Virus record (IMG/VR): IMGVR_UViG_3300049491_000083
Span: 12,009-76,008 of that record
Origin: a virus
Reading direction: 5' to 3' (one strand)
DNA length: 64,000 nucleotides
Shown here: piece by piece, positions 8,852 to 16,528 of the stretch
Layout of the letters: each line of letters opens with the position of its first letter
Numbering within the stretch: the first letter of the stretch is position 1
Made by a program: the position numbers and the translations under genes
The notes under the pieces: generated by a model
Told to the model about the DNA's origin: nothing
Database searches by the model: none
The model's input: the letters and a program-made list of their open reading frames with translations, nothing else

Positions 8852-9051
8852 TTTCGTACCTTTCTGATCTGGTAGTCTCAGACTAACATGGGGGTCTGAC
8901 ACTCCCTGTCTGGATATTGGGGCAAAACGGACACCAAATATAACAGAATGGTAACGGTTTGCGGGGCGCTCGGTAGAAACGTTATCAAACTGTTACATAA
9001 ATGGTCGCTCAAACGACCATAAATGTCAGACCCCTCTGCTACAGTGTTCCT

Positions 9052-9309
9052 ATGAGTACACAGGTGAGCATTCAGAGTGCGTGTGGCAGGATCACTACGA
9101 GCATCGACCTCTTCGATCTTGAATTGAATCCTCATGGGGTGGTCTGCTGCCCCGAGTGCGAACTCATCATTGAGTCTCGTGATGCGTGGCTGGGTGTCTG
9201 CTATGAATGCGGAACTGATGTTCACCTGTACCCCGACACTCTCTGCCCTGAGTGTGCCTCGCAGTATATGTCCGACTACACGAAAGAGAAGTGGGGAGGT
9301 AGGTGGTAG
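9052..9309 (+). CDS. Cys-rich hypothetical protein (leaderless)
   Basis: ATG 6 nt after TACAGT; CxxC pairs. Confidence 0.65.
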   Translation: MSTQVSIQSACGRITTSIDLFDLELNPHGVVCCPECELIIESRDAWLGVCYECGTDVHLYPDTLCPECASQYMSDYTKEKWGGRW

Positions 9310-9536
9310 TGAGCAGGGTTGAATTCCATCGGGTTGATCATCCCTTCGTAGACGAGATTGGTGTCTATGACGTAGATGGTGATATTGCTGCGTCTGTTAT
9401 TGGATTCCGGGGCAATCGTGCTGTCACTGAGCCGATCCTTGAATTCTCAGACTACGCAAAGGCGTACAGCATCATGACGGCATATGGCAATGTGCCTCTC
9501 TATGTTATTAGTGCGTTCGTCAGGGATCACTCCTGA
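9303..9536 (+). CDS. hypothetical protein
   Basis: overlaps the upstream stop; ends just before a GC box. Confidence 0.6.
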   Translation: MVVSRVEFHRVDHPFVDEIGVYDVDGDIAASVIGFRGNRAVTEPILEFSDYAKAYSIMTAYGNVPLYVISAFVRDHS

Positions 9537-9679
9537 CGTTCCGCGCCCCGTTTTAGATCGTTACGAGATTGTTACAAATCCCCAATGCAACGTGTTACAA
9601 AGTATGTTATCATATTGTTACCTAAAAAGACCCCATTTCGCTTGCATCACTGGCTGATCTATGGTACCTTTAGGTTACT

Positions 9680-9739
9680 GGATCGGAGGAAGCGAGAGCC
9701 AAATCTGATCCCGGTCGGTTTCTTAAAAACTACACAGTG
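9680..9739 (+). promoter_or_regulatory. boxB-like hairpin plus boxA-like antitermination motif in the tRNA-array leader
   Basis: ggatcgga/tctgatcc stem, then TTTCTTAAAAACTACACAGTG resembling rrn boxA. Confidence 0.5.
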
Positions 9740-9749
9740 GAAATAGCAA

Positions 9750-9824
9750 GCACTCTTGGTGTAACGGTAGCACAGCGGATTCCAAACCCGCTAGGTGTGG
9801 GTTCGAATCCTACGGAGTGTGCCA
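9750..9824 (+). tRNA. tRNA-Trp(CCA)
   Basis: anticodon loop TTCCAAA; CCA end. Confidence 0.9.
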
Positions 9825-9825
9825 T

Positions 9826-9898
9826 GGTCCTATAGAGCAGCGGAGTGCTCGTCACCCTGTCACGGTGAAGGTCACGGGTTCGAATCCCGTTAGGATCG
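9826..9898 (+). tRNA. tRNA-Asp(GTC)
   Basis: tcacc-CTGTCAC-ggtga. Confidence 0.93.
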
Positions 9899-9943
9899 CG
9901 TTTGGCTAGGTACCTTATTAAAACAGGAGGCTAGCCACACCAT

Positions 9944-10025
9944 GTATGAGTTGAGCAGGCGGTGTGCTCAGCAGGCTGTAACCCTGTAGCCTTTGGGCAT
10001 GGAGGTTCGATTCCTCTCTCATACA
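9944..10025 (+). tRNA. tRNA-Tyr(GTA)
   Basis: gcagg-CTGTAAC-cctgt; long variable arm. Confidence 0.92.
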
Positions 10026-10029
10026 CTCT

Positions 10030-10101
10030 GGCCCTATCGTCTATTGGTTAGGATGTGACCCTTTCAAGGTTGCGGAGAGAGTTCGATCCTCTCTAGGGCT
10101 A
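10030..10101 (+). tRNA. tRNA-Glu(TTC)
   Basis: tgacc-CTTTCAA-ggttg. Confidence 0.9.
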
Positions 10102-10195
10102 CGGTCGGTGGCAGCACCGAGGCTGGTCAAGGACTCCCCCAATACCAGTCAAAGCGGAACCAGTGACGGGAGATTGCTGGGAATGTGGCTGCTTC

Positions 10196-10269
10196 GCCTC
10201 TGTAGTTTAATGGCAAAACAACTGTTTAGTAATCAGTTGACGAGGGTTCGATTCCTTCTAGAGGCTCCA
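10196..10269 (+). tRNA. tRNA-Thr(AGT)
   Basis: loop TTAGTAA, GCC/GGC acceptor, CCA end. Confidence 0.8.
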
Positions 10270-10270
10270 T

Positions 10271-10342
10271 TCTCCACTCGCCCAACGGCAGGGCAGCAGA
10301 CTGTTAATCTGTACGGTCTTGGTTCGAATCCAAGGTGGAGAG
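10271..10342 (+). tRNA. tRNA-Asn(GTT)
   Basis: gcaga-CTGTTAA-tctgt. Confidence 0.93.
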
Positions 10343-10348
10343 CGTCAA

Positions 10349-10422
10349 TGCGAGGTCATCTAATGGCAAGATGCAAGGCTCTGAACCTTGTCACCGGAGT
10401 TCGACCCTCTGCCTCGCAGCCA
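10349..10422 (+). tRNA. tRNA-Gln(CTG)
   Basis: caagg-CTCTGAA-ccttg; CCA end. Confidence 0.92.
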
Positions 10423-10423
10423 A

Positions 10424-10498
10424 GGGGGTGTAGTAGTAACGGTAACACAACTGTCTTGCACACAGTTATTCGGGGTTCGAATCCCCGCACTTCCACCA
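10424..10498 (+). tRNA. tRNA-Ala(TGC)
   Basis: actgt-CTTGCAC-acagt; G3-U70 pair. Confidence 0.92.
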
Positions 10499-10499
10499 C

Positions 10500-10571
10500 G
10501 GGATTGAAGCATTAATGGTGATGCTCTAGACTCTTAATCTTGAGATGAAGGTTCAAGTCCTTCCAGTCCCA
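10500..10571 (+). tRNA. tRNA-Lys(CTT)
   Basis: anticodon loop CTCTTAA. Confidence 0.88.
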
Positions 10572-10572
10572 C

Positions 10573-10644
10573 TGAGTCATGGTGAAACGGTTATCACAGG
10601 ATTCTGATACAGTCCTATTCCGGGTTCGATTCCCGGTGACTCTA
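10573..10644 (+). tRNA. tRNA-Ile(GAT)
   Basis: ggatt-CTGATAC-agtcc; U1-U72 mismatch. Confidence 0.85.
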
Positions 10645-10645
10645 C

Positions 10646-10716
10646 GCGAATGTTGCATAATGGTAGTGCCTCTGCCTTCCAAGCAGACGGTGCGGGTTCG
10701 ATTCCCGCTATTCGCT
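10646..10716 (+). tRNA. tRNA-Gly(TCC)
   Basis: tctgc-CTTCCAA-gcaga. Confidence 0.93.
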
Positions 10717-10721
10717 CGCCT

Positions 10722-10797
10722 GCCTCTCTAGTTTAATGGCAAAACCGCGTGCTTTTACCACGTCAGACTGGGGGTTCGAATCCCTCGGGGGGCACCA
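10722..10797 (+). tRNA. tRNA-Lys(TTT)
   Basis: gcgtg-CTTTTAC-cacgt; CCA end. Confidence 0.85.
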
Positions 10798-10798
10798 A

Positions 10799-10873
10799 GC
10801 AAGATTAACTCAACGGTAGAGTTCCTGTCTTACACACAGGCGGTTGGGGGTTCGAATCCCTCATCTTGCACCA
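10799..10873 (+). tRNA. tRNA-Val(TAC)
   Basis: cctgt-CTTACAC-acagg; CCA end. Confidence 0.93.
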
Positions 10874-10874
10874 C

Positions 10875-10947
10875 GCCTCTATAGTTCAATGGATAGAGCA
10901 TCTGGCTTCGAACCAGAATGTTGGGAGTTCGAATCTCTCTAGGGGCA
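10875..10947 (+). tRNA. tRNA-Arg(TCG)
   Basis: tctgg-CTTCGAA-ccaga. Confidence 0.93.
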
Positions 10948-10949
10948 CT

Positions 10950-11023
10950 GTGACTATGGTGTAATGGCAACATGATTGGTTGTGTCCCAATCGTTGAGGG
11001 TTCAAATCCCTCTAGTCACCCCA
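10950..11023 (+). tRNA. tRNA-His(GTG)
   Basis: attgg-TTGTGTC-ccaat; C73 plus CCA. Confidence 0.92.
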
Positions 11024-11095
11024 CGCGAGGTAGCATAAAGGTAGTGCGTCGGTCTCATAAACCGAAGAGTGATGGTTCAATTCCATCCCCCGCGA
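11024..11095 (+). tRNA. tRNA-Met(CAT)
   Basis: tcggt-CTCATAA-accga. Confidence 0.9.
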
Positions 11096-11099
11096 CTCA

Positions 11100-11170
11100 G
11101 GGTTATTAGCACAGTGGAAGTGCATCCGGTTGAAGCCCGGAGGACGGTGGTTCGATTCCATCATTTCCCA
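11100..11170 (+). tRNA. tRNA-Phe(GAA)
   Basis: tccgg-TTGAAGC-ccgga; two U-U mismatches in the acceptor stem. Confidence 0.82.
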
Positions 11171-11174
11171 CTCT

Positions 11175-11263
11175 GGAAGGGCTGCCATTGGTGAGGTAAA
11201 CTGTCTTGAAAACAGCCGTGGGTAATTCTGCTTGATTGGGTTCGATTCCCTCCCCTTCCGCCA
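11175..11263 (+). tRNA. tRNA-Ser(TGA)
   Basis: loop CTTGAAA, long variable arm, G73-CCA. Confidence 0.88.
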
Positions 11264-11264
11264 T

Positions 11265-11336
11265 GCCCCTATAGTAGAATGGATAGTGCATCCCTCTCCT
11301 AAAGGGAAGATTCAGGTTCGACTCCTGATAGGGGCA
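11265..11336 (+). tRNA. tRNA-Arg(CCT)
   Basis: tccct-CTCCTAA-aggga. Confidence 0.92.
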
Positions 11337-11426
11337 CTCCGCGCCACGCGATGATCGTTATACGATTGTTACCAAAATCCGCTGTTTCCACTTGTGTTTC
11401 CAATCCATCTATGATAGGCTCATCAC

Positions 11427-11774
11427 ATGAGCAGGACAGATGCACACCGCCCCTTCAAGGCACAGGTCCCCGATGCCCCTCGTGCGTGGCATGATCACTC
11501 CAATGGCGTATGCGACCTTCCCTCGTTGGAAGAGTGGCAGCGTATGAACCGGCGTATGTGGTGGACCCGTACCCGCTGCACTTGGCAGCCTGCCAACTGG
11601 CACACCTACAAGGGCTTCAAGCGTAACAAGGGTGAGGGCCAGTGGATCGCTGATCAGCGGTACAGGAAGTACGCTGATCATCCTGACAACTATGATCTTG
11701 ACATTGAAGAAGAAGAGCCGGAAGAAATCATCGAAGGCTGTATGTGGTGCTGTGGAGGATATGATGTACGTTAG
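11427..11774 (+). CDS. hypothetical protein (leaderless)
   Basis: MSRTDAHRP start 6 nt after TAGGCT. Confidence 0.7.
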   Translation: MSRTDAHRPFKAQVPDAPRAWHDHSNGVCDLPSLEEWQRMNRRMWWTRTRCTWQPANWHTYKGFKRNKGEGQWIADQRYRKYADHPDNYDLDIEEEEPEEIIEGCMWCCGGYDVR

Positions 11775-12103
11775 CGATACCGTTCTGAACGTGGTCTATG
11801 AAGAGACCCTCATTCTGCTCATTGAGCGAATGTCTGTTCATCCTCTGTTTGATCCTGAGTGTGATTGCATGATGCACTACTGCCAGTGTGAACATCAGGG
11901 ATGGATTCAGGCTGTGGCCTACATCGAAGATTGTCTGACGGGAGCCAAATGAGAGACATTGATTCCATACCCCAGAAAGAGTGGGAACTGATTGGTGATG
12001 CCGTGGTCATGGCGATTGACATAGCAGACCAGTTGGGTCTGGCCATTGCAACAGACTTCTCCAATGCACTATTCGAACTAGAGAGCCGAAGGCCATTCCA
12101 AAC

Positions 12104-12562
12104 ATGAACACCGCTTTTATCGTTGATATGGATGGGACGCTCGCTGACGTGCGTACCATTCGTCATCATGTTCGGCAACGTCCGAAGAACTTCGATGCCT
12201 TCCATGCTGAATCAGTCAATGTTCCTCCGCATGATCATGTAGTTGAACAGGTACGTCAGGCCAAGGCTGATGGTCACGATATCATTATCGTTACCGCTCG
12301 CAATGCCAAGTGGCGTAACCATACTGCCATGTGGCTTGCCCTGCACGACATTCCCAATGATGCCCTGTTCATGCGTAAGAACAAGGATCAGCGGGTAGAT
12401 GTTGAGGTCAAGCGTGACATTCTCAATGTAATCCGAGAGTCTTGGACTGTTGTCCATGCCATTGATGACAACCCTTCGATCATCGAACTCTGGGAATCCG
12501 AGGGTATCCCGACTACTCACGTAGAAGGTTGGGAAGTGGGTATTGACAGCAACACCCGCTGA
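12104..12562 (+). CDS. HAD-family phosphatase (polynucleotide kinase 3'-phosphatase-like domain)
   Basis: DMDGT, VTAR, LFMR, K, IDD motifs. Confidence 0.88.
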   Translation: MNTAFIVDMDGTLADVRTIRHHVRQRPKNFDAFHAESVNVPPHDHVVEQVRQAKADGHDIIIVTARNAKWRNHTAMWLALHDIPNDALFMRKNKDQRVDVEVKRDILNVIRESWTVVHAIDDNPSIIELWESEGIPTTHVEGWEVGIDSNTR

Positions 12563-12595
12563 TGCTATACTTGAGACCTACACAAAGGAGAACAT

Positions 12596-12733
12596 ATGGC
12601 AACAGTTGGCCAGTCCTTCACCACTGCACAGTCAGGCGTGACAGGCATTATCAAGGAAGTTCATCCCCGCTCTAATGGCGAGGTTCTGCTTCTGGACGTG
12701 AATGGTTCCGAGCGTTGGACCACTGCACGCTGA
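12596..12733 (+). CDS. 45-aa beta-rich protein
   Basis: TTGACA-N17-TATACT promoter and AAGGAG RBS. Confidence 0.75.
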   Translation: MATVGQSFTTAQSGVTGIIKEVHPRSNGEVLLLDVNGSERWTTAR

Positions 12734-12884
12734 AAACAGTGCTACAATAACAGAATAACTTAGGGAATGTGACCGCGAATACTGGGTTCGCATCGACTCA
12801 CTCCCCAAAGAGGGTGGTACTGAACAGAGCACGGCTCCACCATCCTTCAATAGCCTGAAAAAGACAGCATAGACAGGCACTCTA

Positions 12885-12934
12885 CTTCCCCCTTGGGACT
12901 GGACCTAGATCCTCCCTTGGGGGAGTTTCATTTT
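12885..12934 (+). terminator. probable intrinsic terminator
   Basis: cttcccc/ggggag stem followed by tttcatttt, abutting a GC box. Confidence 0.55.
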
Positions 12935-13026
12935 CCGCGCCCCGCCCTTCGAATCGTTACGAAGCCGTTACCAAATCCCCCGCCTCCGGGCTTGACTTTC
13001 CAGCCAATATAGACTAGGGTGGGTCT

Positions 13027-13167
13027 ATGACCATCCACCGACGCAAGCGGACCCGCGAAGAAATCCAGTATTGGCAGGATATTCGCCGGTCTAATGCGGC
13101 TCAGCCGCACCGTAATAAGTCTAAGTATTCACGCAAGGCTAAGCACAAGGGAAAAGAATATGTATGA
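13027..13167 (+). CDS. 46-aa basic peptide with ArfA-like motif
   Basis: MTIHRRKRTREEIQYWQDIRRSNAAQPHRNKSKYSRKAKHKGKEYV; leaderless start after TAGGGT. Confidence 0.7.
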   Translation: MTIHRRKRTREEIQYWQDIRRSNAAQPHRNKSKYSRKAKHKGKEYV

Positions 13168-13238
13168 GTTTCTATGGTTTATTGGCATGGTAGTATTCGG
13201 TGCCCTCCTAATCGCCTTCGTCCTAGATCGGTAATAAA

Positions 13239-13985
13239 TTGACTACTGCACTTGCTACCCGCTCCCTTATCGCATCCAAGGATCGTAAGGTGGCTTCCGC
13301 TACTAATGCTGCCGGTACTCAGGCTGCCTTTGAGAATACCTTTGGCCTTGCTAATGGCAAGGCTAATTCTTGTGTAGAGGCAACCGACTACTGCGAACTT
13401 ATCTGCTATGCGGGTAAACTGGAAAACCTGTTTACTGCCGTTGGCGTTAATATGCTGCACAATTGGAATCTGCTAAAGGATGCCAACCTCATTGACACGT
13501 TCGATATGCTCAATGAGATTATCTATGTATTCGATACTAAGTCGGATAAGCGTGGGTCAGAGAAGATTTATCGTATCCATTGGGACGGTGACTTTTTCTC
13601 CCCCGAGTATATCGAAGCGTGGGCATGTATCATCATGCTCTACCCTCAGATTCAGTTTTGGGTTTACACCCGTAATGCTGCGGCTGCCGTTGCCCTGCAT
13701 AAGATGACGCTTACTAACCTGTCGCTCTACTTTTCTGGCGACCCGTCGAATAAGCCTATCGCAGAAATGCTGCACCGTACCTACGGTATCCGAATTGCTT
13801 TCGTAGCCGAGACTTTCGCAGACTCGCAGGCAGCACTAAAGGATATCACCGGAAAGCCGGGAGCAAGGTGCCCCGAGCAGACTAAGCAAATTAAACTTAT
13901 CTCTGAGGCAGGGTCGGCATGTTCCGTGTGCGGCCTTTGCGTTTGGAATAAGGCCAACATCGCATTCTCTAGGAGCAAGAAATAA
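13239..13985 (+). CDS. gp88-like (radical-SAM-related Cys-cluster) protein
   Basis: CxxxTxxCxxxCYA, RIHWDGDF, FWVYTR, C-terminal CxxCxxC. Confidence 0.8.
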   Translation: MTTALATRSLIASKDRKVASATNAAGTQAAFENTFGLANGKANSCVEATDYCELICYAGKLENLFTAVGVNMLHNWNLLKDANLIDTFDMLNEIIYVFDTKSDKRGSEKIYRIHWDGDFFSPEYIEAWACIIMLYPQIQFWVYTRNAAAAVALHKMTLTNLSLYFSGDPSNKPIAEMLHRTYGIRIAFVAETFADSQAALKDITGKPGARCPEQTKQIKLISEAGSACSVCGLCVWNKANIAFSRSKK

Positions 13986-14252
13986 TGCCCAAGGTTGAAA
14001 TGCCGCGTGCATCATGGGAAAGTCTATTGGCTATGCTATCCATGCTGGATTCATGGCACGTTGATCCTACTCAGGTTGATATCATGTACCGCGAAATCTC
14101 CGAGCAGGTTTATAGTCAGGAGTATTAGCAGGCCCTTCGGGGTCCGCGCCCAGCAAGACCTTGTTACGAAATCGTTATTAAATCCCCAGTTCTAGGGCTT
14201 GACATGGGCCGGGTATGGGTGTAGAGTAAGCATTACCAACTAAGGAGACAAC

Positions 14253-14576
14253 ATGGCTGATACCGCTGACTACCTCATTCGTCAGATTGACGACTTCATT
14301 GCCGAACTCAAGCGTGACGTAAAGAACTCTGACATTGACGCTTCAATGGCTCAGAACTATGCTGAGTTCTTCAACCGTTCAATTTCTACCCGCGTGACTG
14401 GCACGATCACGGTGACCTTTGAGGTCGCTATGGATCTTGAGCCGGGTACTGACAAGGGCGATCTTGACCCTTCGGACTTCGACGCTTCCATCGAAACCGG
14501 ATGGGCAACTGAGGGTATCTGCATCGACTCTGCCGATGTGACCGACTTCGACTTCGATCTGGAGTATGACGACTGA
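14253..14576 (+). CDS. acidic hypothetical protein
   Basis: AAGGAG RBS; first gene of its cassette. Confidence 0.75.
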   Translation: MADTADYLIRQIDDFIAELKRDVKNSDIDASMAQNYAEFFNRSISTRVTGTITVTFEVAMDLEPGTDKGDLDPSDFDASIETGWATEGICIDSADVTDFDFDLEYDD

Positions 14577-14944
14577 TGAGCACCATGATTGACTATCCCG
14601 ATGAGTGGGATACCGAAGCCCTTACCCGCGATTTCGAAGTGGAGTCATTCTTCTATGATATCTGCTTCGTTAAGCGGAGGGCTGACGGTGTGAAGGGGAG
14701 CCTTACCTTCCACCGGGACCCTGAAAGGAACACCCGTATCTATACCAATTGGAGTGCAGAGTGAAGTCTGTCGTTTATCAGGTAGAGGTTCTTGCCGAGC
14801 AGCCCTTCGAATCCATGGACTTTGAGTTCGTGGCTGAGATTGAGGATGACGACGATCCTACCGACGTTCTCAATCCTGATCTGTATACTCAGATTCTCAA
14901 CAATCTGTCGATCAACTGCGACTTCCTGTATGTGGAGGATGAAG

Positions 14945-15139
14945 ATGCCTAAGTATGACGTGGCGGTACAACTGTCGGGCAACGACGGCAATGCCTATGC
15001 GATCATGGGATCAGTGTCCAAGGCACTCAAGCGAGCGGGGGCACCGAAGGAAGATGTTGATGCCTACCTCGCAGAGTCTATGTCTGGTGACTATGACCAT
15101 CTTCTCCAGACTGCTATCGAATGGGTGGAGGTTCACTAA
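14945..15139 (+). CDS. conserved small phage protein
   Basis: VQLSGNDGNAYAIMG...SGDYDHLL motif. Confidence 0.75.
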   Translation: MPKYDVAVQLSGNDGNAYAIMGSVSKALKRAGAPKEDVDAYLAESMSGDYDHLLQTAIEWVEVH

Positions 15140-15399
15140 TGCCTACCTATGAGAGCACCTACGTTGTACGCATGATCACCGATGCTGATTCGGAAGATGA
15201 GGCATTGGAAATTCAGGCAGAGGCACTTTCCGATATTGCCTATGACTGGGATTTCGCCTAGTCTGGAATGTCCCTTTTGGGGCATCTCCAGCGCCCCGCG
15301 AACCGTTATCAAAACGTTATCTAAATGTCCTATTTGAGTATTGACTCATGACCCGTACTAGTGTAGTCTAGGACTACCAACGAATGAAGGAGATTGAAC

Positions 15400-16410
15400 A
15401 TGGCTCATGCGGTAGAGGTCTTTGAGGATGGGTCGGCTGCCTTCGCATCCCTCCGTGTCCCCGCGTGGCACGCTCTCGGGACGGTATTCACCAAGCCCGT
15501 AACGACTGCTGAGATGCTGAAACTGGCACACCTGAACCACTGGAATGTTCACCTTGAGGAAATGGAACTCCCCTACGATTGCTACCGTGATTATTTCGCG
15601 GTTGTGCGTTCGAATCCTGTTGATCGGGACGAGAATGGTCGCAAGGTCAAGGAGATTCTTGGTCTCGTGGGTGCACGTTACAAGGTTGTCCAGAACGAGG
15701 AACTTTTCCAGTTTGGTGATGACCTGCTTTCCGATGGTCGGTGGGAAACTGCTGGCTCTATCAAGAATGGGACGACCGTTTTCGGTACCCTCGCTCTTGA
15801 CCGTAAGGTCGTTCTTGACCCCACTGGTGTATCGGACACGATCAACACCTACCTTCTGATCCACACTTCCCATGACGGTTCGGTCGCTGTTCAGGCTTCC
15901 GTTACTCCCGTTCGTGTCGTGTGCCAGAACACTCTGAACATGGCCCTTAAGGGTGCAAAGCAGACTTTCAAGGTTCGCCACACGCAGACTGTTGCCGACA
16001 AGGTGCAGGCTGCCAAGGAAGCCCTTGGTCTGGCTAACAAGTTCATCGACAAGTTCGAAGTTGAGTCTAAGACTCTCTTTGAGACCAAGGTGAACGCCAA
16101 GGTGTTCAACGATATCATCACCACTCTCTACCCCAAGCCCGAAGGTAACGCCAAGGGTGCAATGACCAAGTGGGAGAACAAGGTCGATGCTATCAACACC
16201 ATCTACACTGGTGACACTAACGGTATGATCGCTGGTACCGCTTGGGGTGCACTCAACGCCCTTACTGAGCGTCTTGACTGGTACCGTAACGGTCGTGGAG
16301 AGAATGCAGACGTGAACGCGGCTGCTGCGGCTTCCGGCTTCGACGTTGCTACCAACGCTCAGAAGGCTACCATCCTGTCCACTGTCAAGACTCTGGCGGG
16401 AGTCAAGTAG
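15400..16410 (+). CDS. DUF932-family protein
   Basis: PAWHALG, YKVVQNEELF, ETAGS, SHDGS, TPVRVVCQNTL, RHT, TAWGALNALTE motifs. Confidence 0.92.
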   Translation: MAHAVEVFEDGSAAFASLRVPAWHALGTVFTKPVTTAEMLKLAHLNHWNVHLEEMELPYDCYRDYFAVVRSNPVDRDENGRKVKEILGLVGARYKVVQNEELFQFGDDLLSDGRWETAGSIKNGTTVFGTLALDRKVVLDPTGVSDTINTYLLIHTSHDGSVAVQASVTPVRVVCQNTLNMALKGAKQTFKVRHTQTVADKVQAAKEALGLANKFIDKFEVESKTLFETKVNAKVFNDIITTLYPKPEGNAKGAMTKWENKVDAINTIYTGDTNGMIAGTAWGALNALTERLDWYRNGRGENADVNAAAAASGFDVATNAQKATILSTVKTLAGVK

Positions 16411-16414
16411 CAAA

Positions 16415-16459
16415 ATGGCTGGCCCCCACTGCTCACGAGGCGGTGGGGGTCTTGCCATT
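16415..16459 (+). terminator. long hairpin after the DUF932 gene
   Basis: ggcccccactgc/gcggtgggggtc inverted repeat, directly before a GC box. Confidence 0.6.
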
Positions 16460-16528
16460 CCCGCGCCCCGCAAAATTACCCCTTACGAAGGACTTGACAT
16501 TTCACCGGGAATCTGGTAGGCTCCGAGT

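Larger units (their letters stand above)
7684..15320 (+). promoter_or_regulatory. GTTAY-N6-GTTAY direct-repeat operators upstream of cassette promoters
   Basis: pairs at 7684/7695, 8981/8992, 8940/8951 (minus strand), 9560/9571, 9606/9617, 11357/11368, 12956/12967, 14163/14174, 15305/15316. Confidence 0.88.

Noticed and set aside
10108-11291. ORFs over the tRNA array (also 844..1387 and 3196..3768)
   Set aside because: They overlap tRNA, tmRNA or established genes and lack protein-like motifs
15358-16473. 371-aa minus-strand ORF (also 45568..46446 and 63116..63880)
   Set aside because: Antisense shadows of clearly recognisable genes
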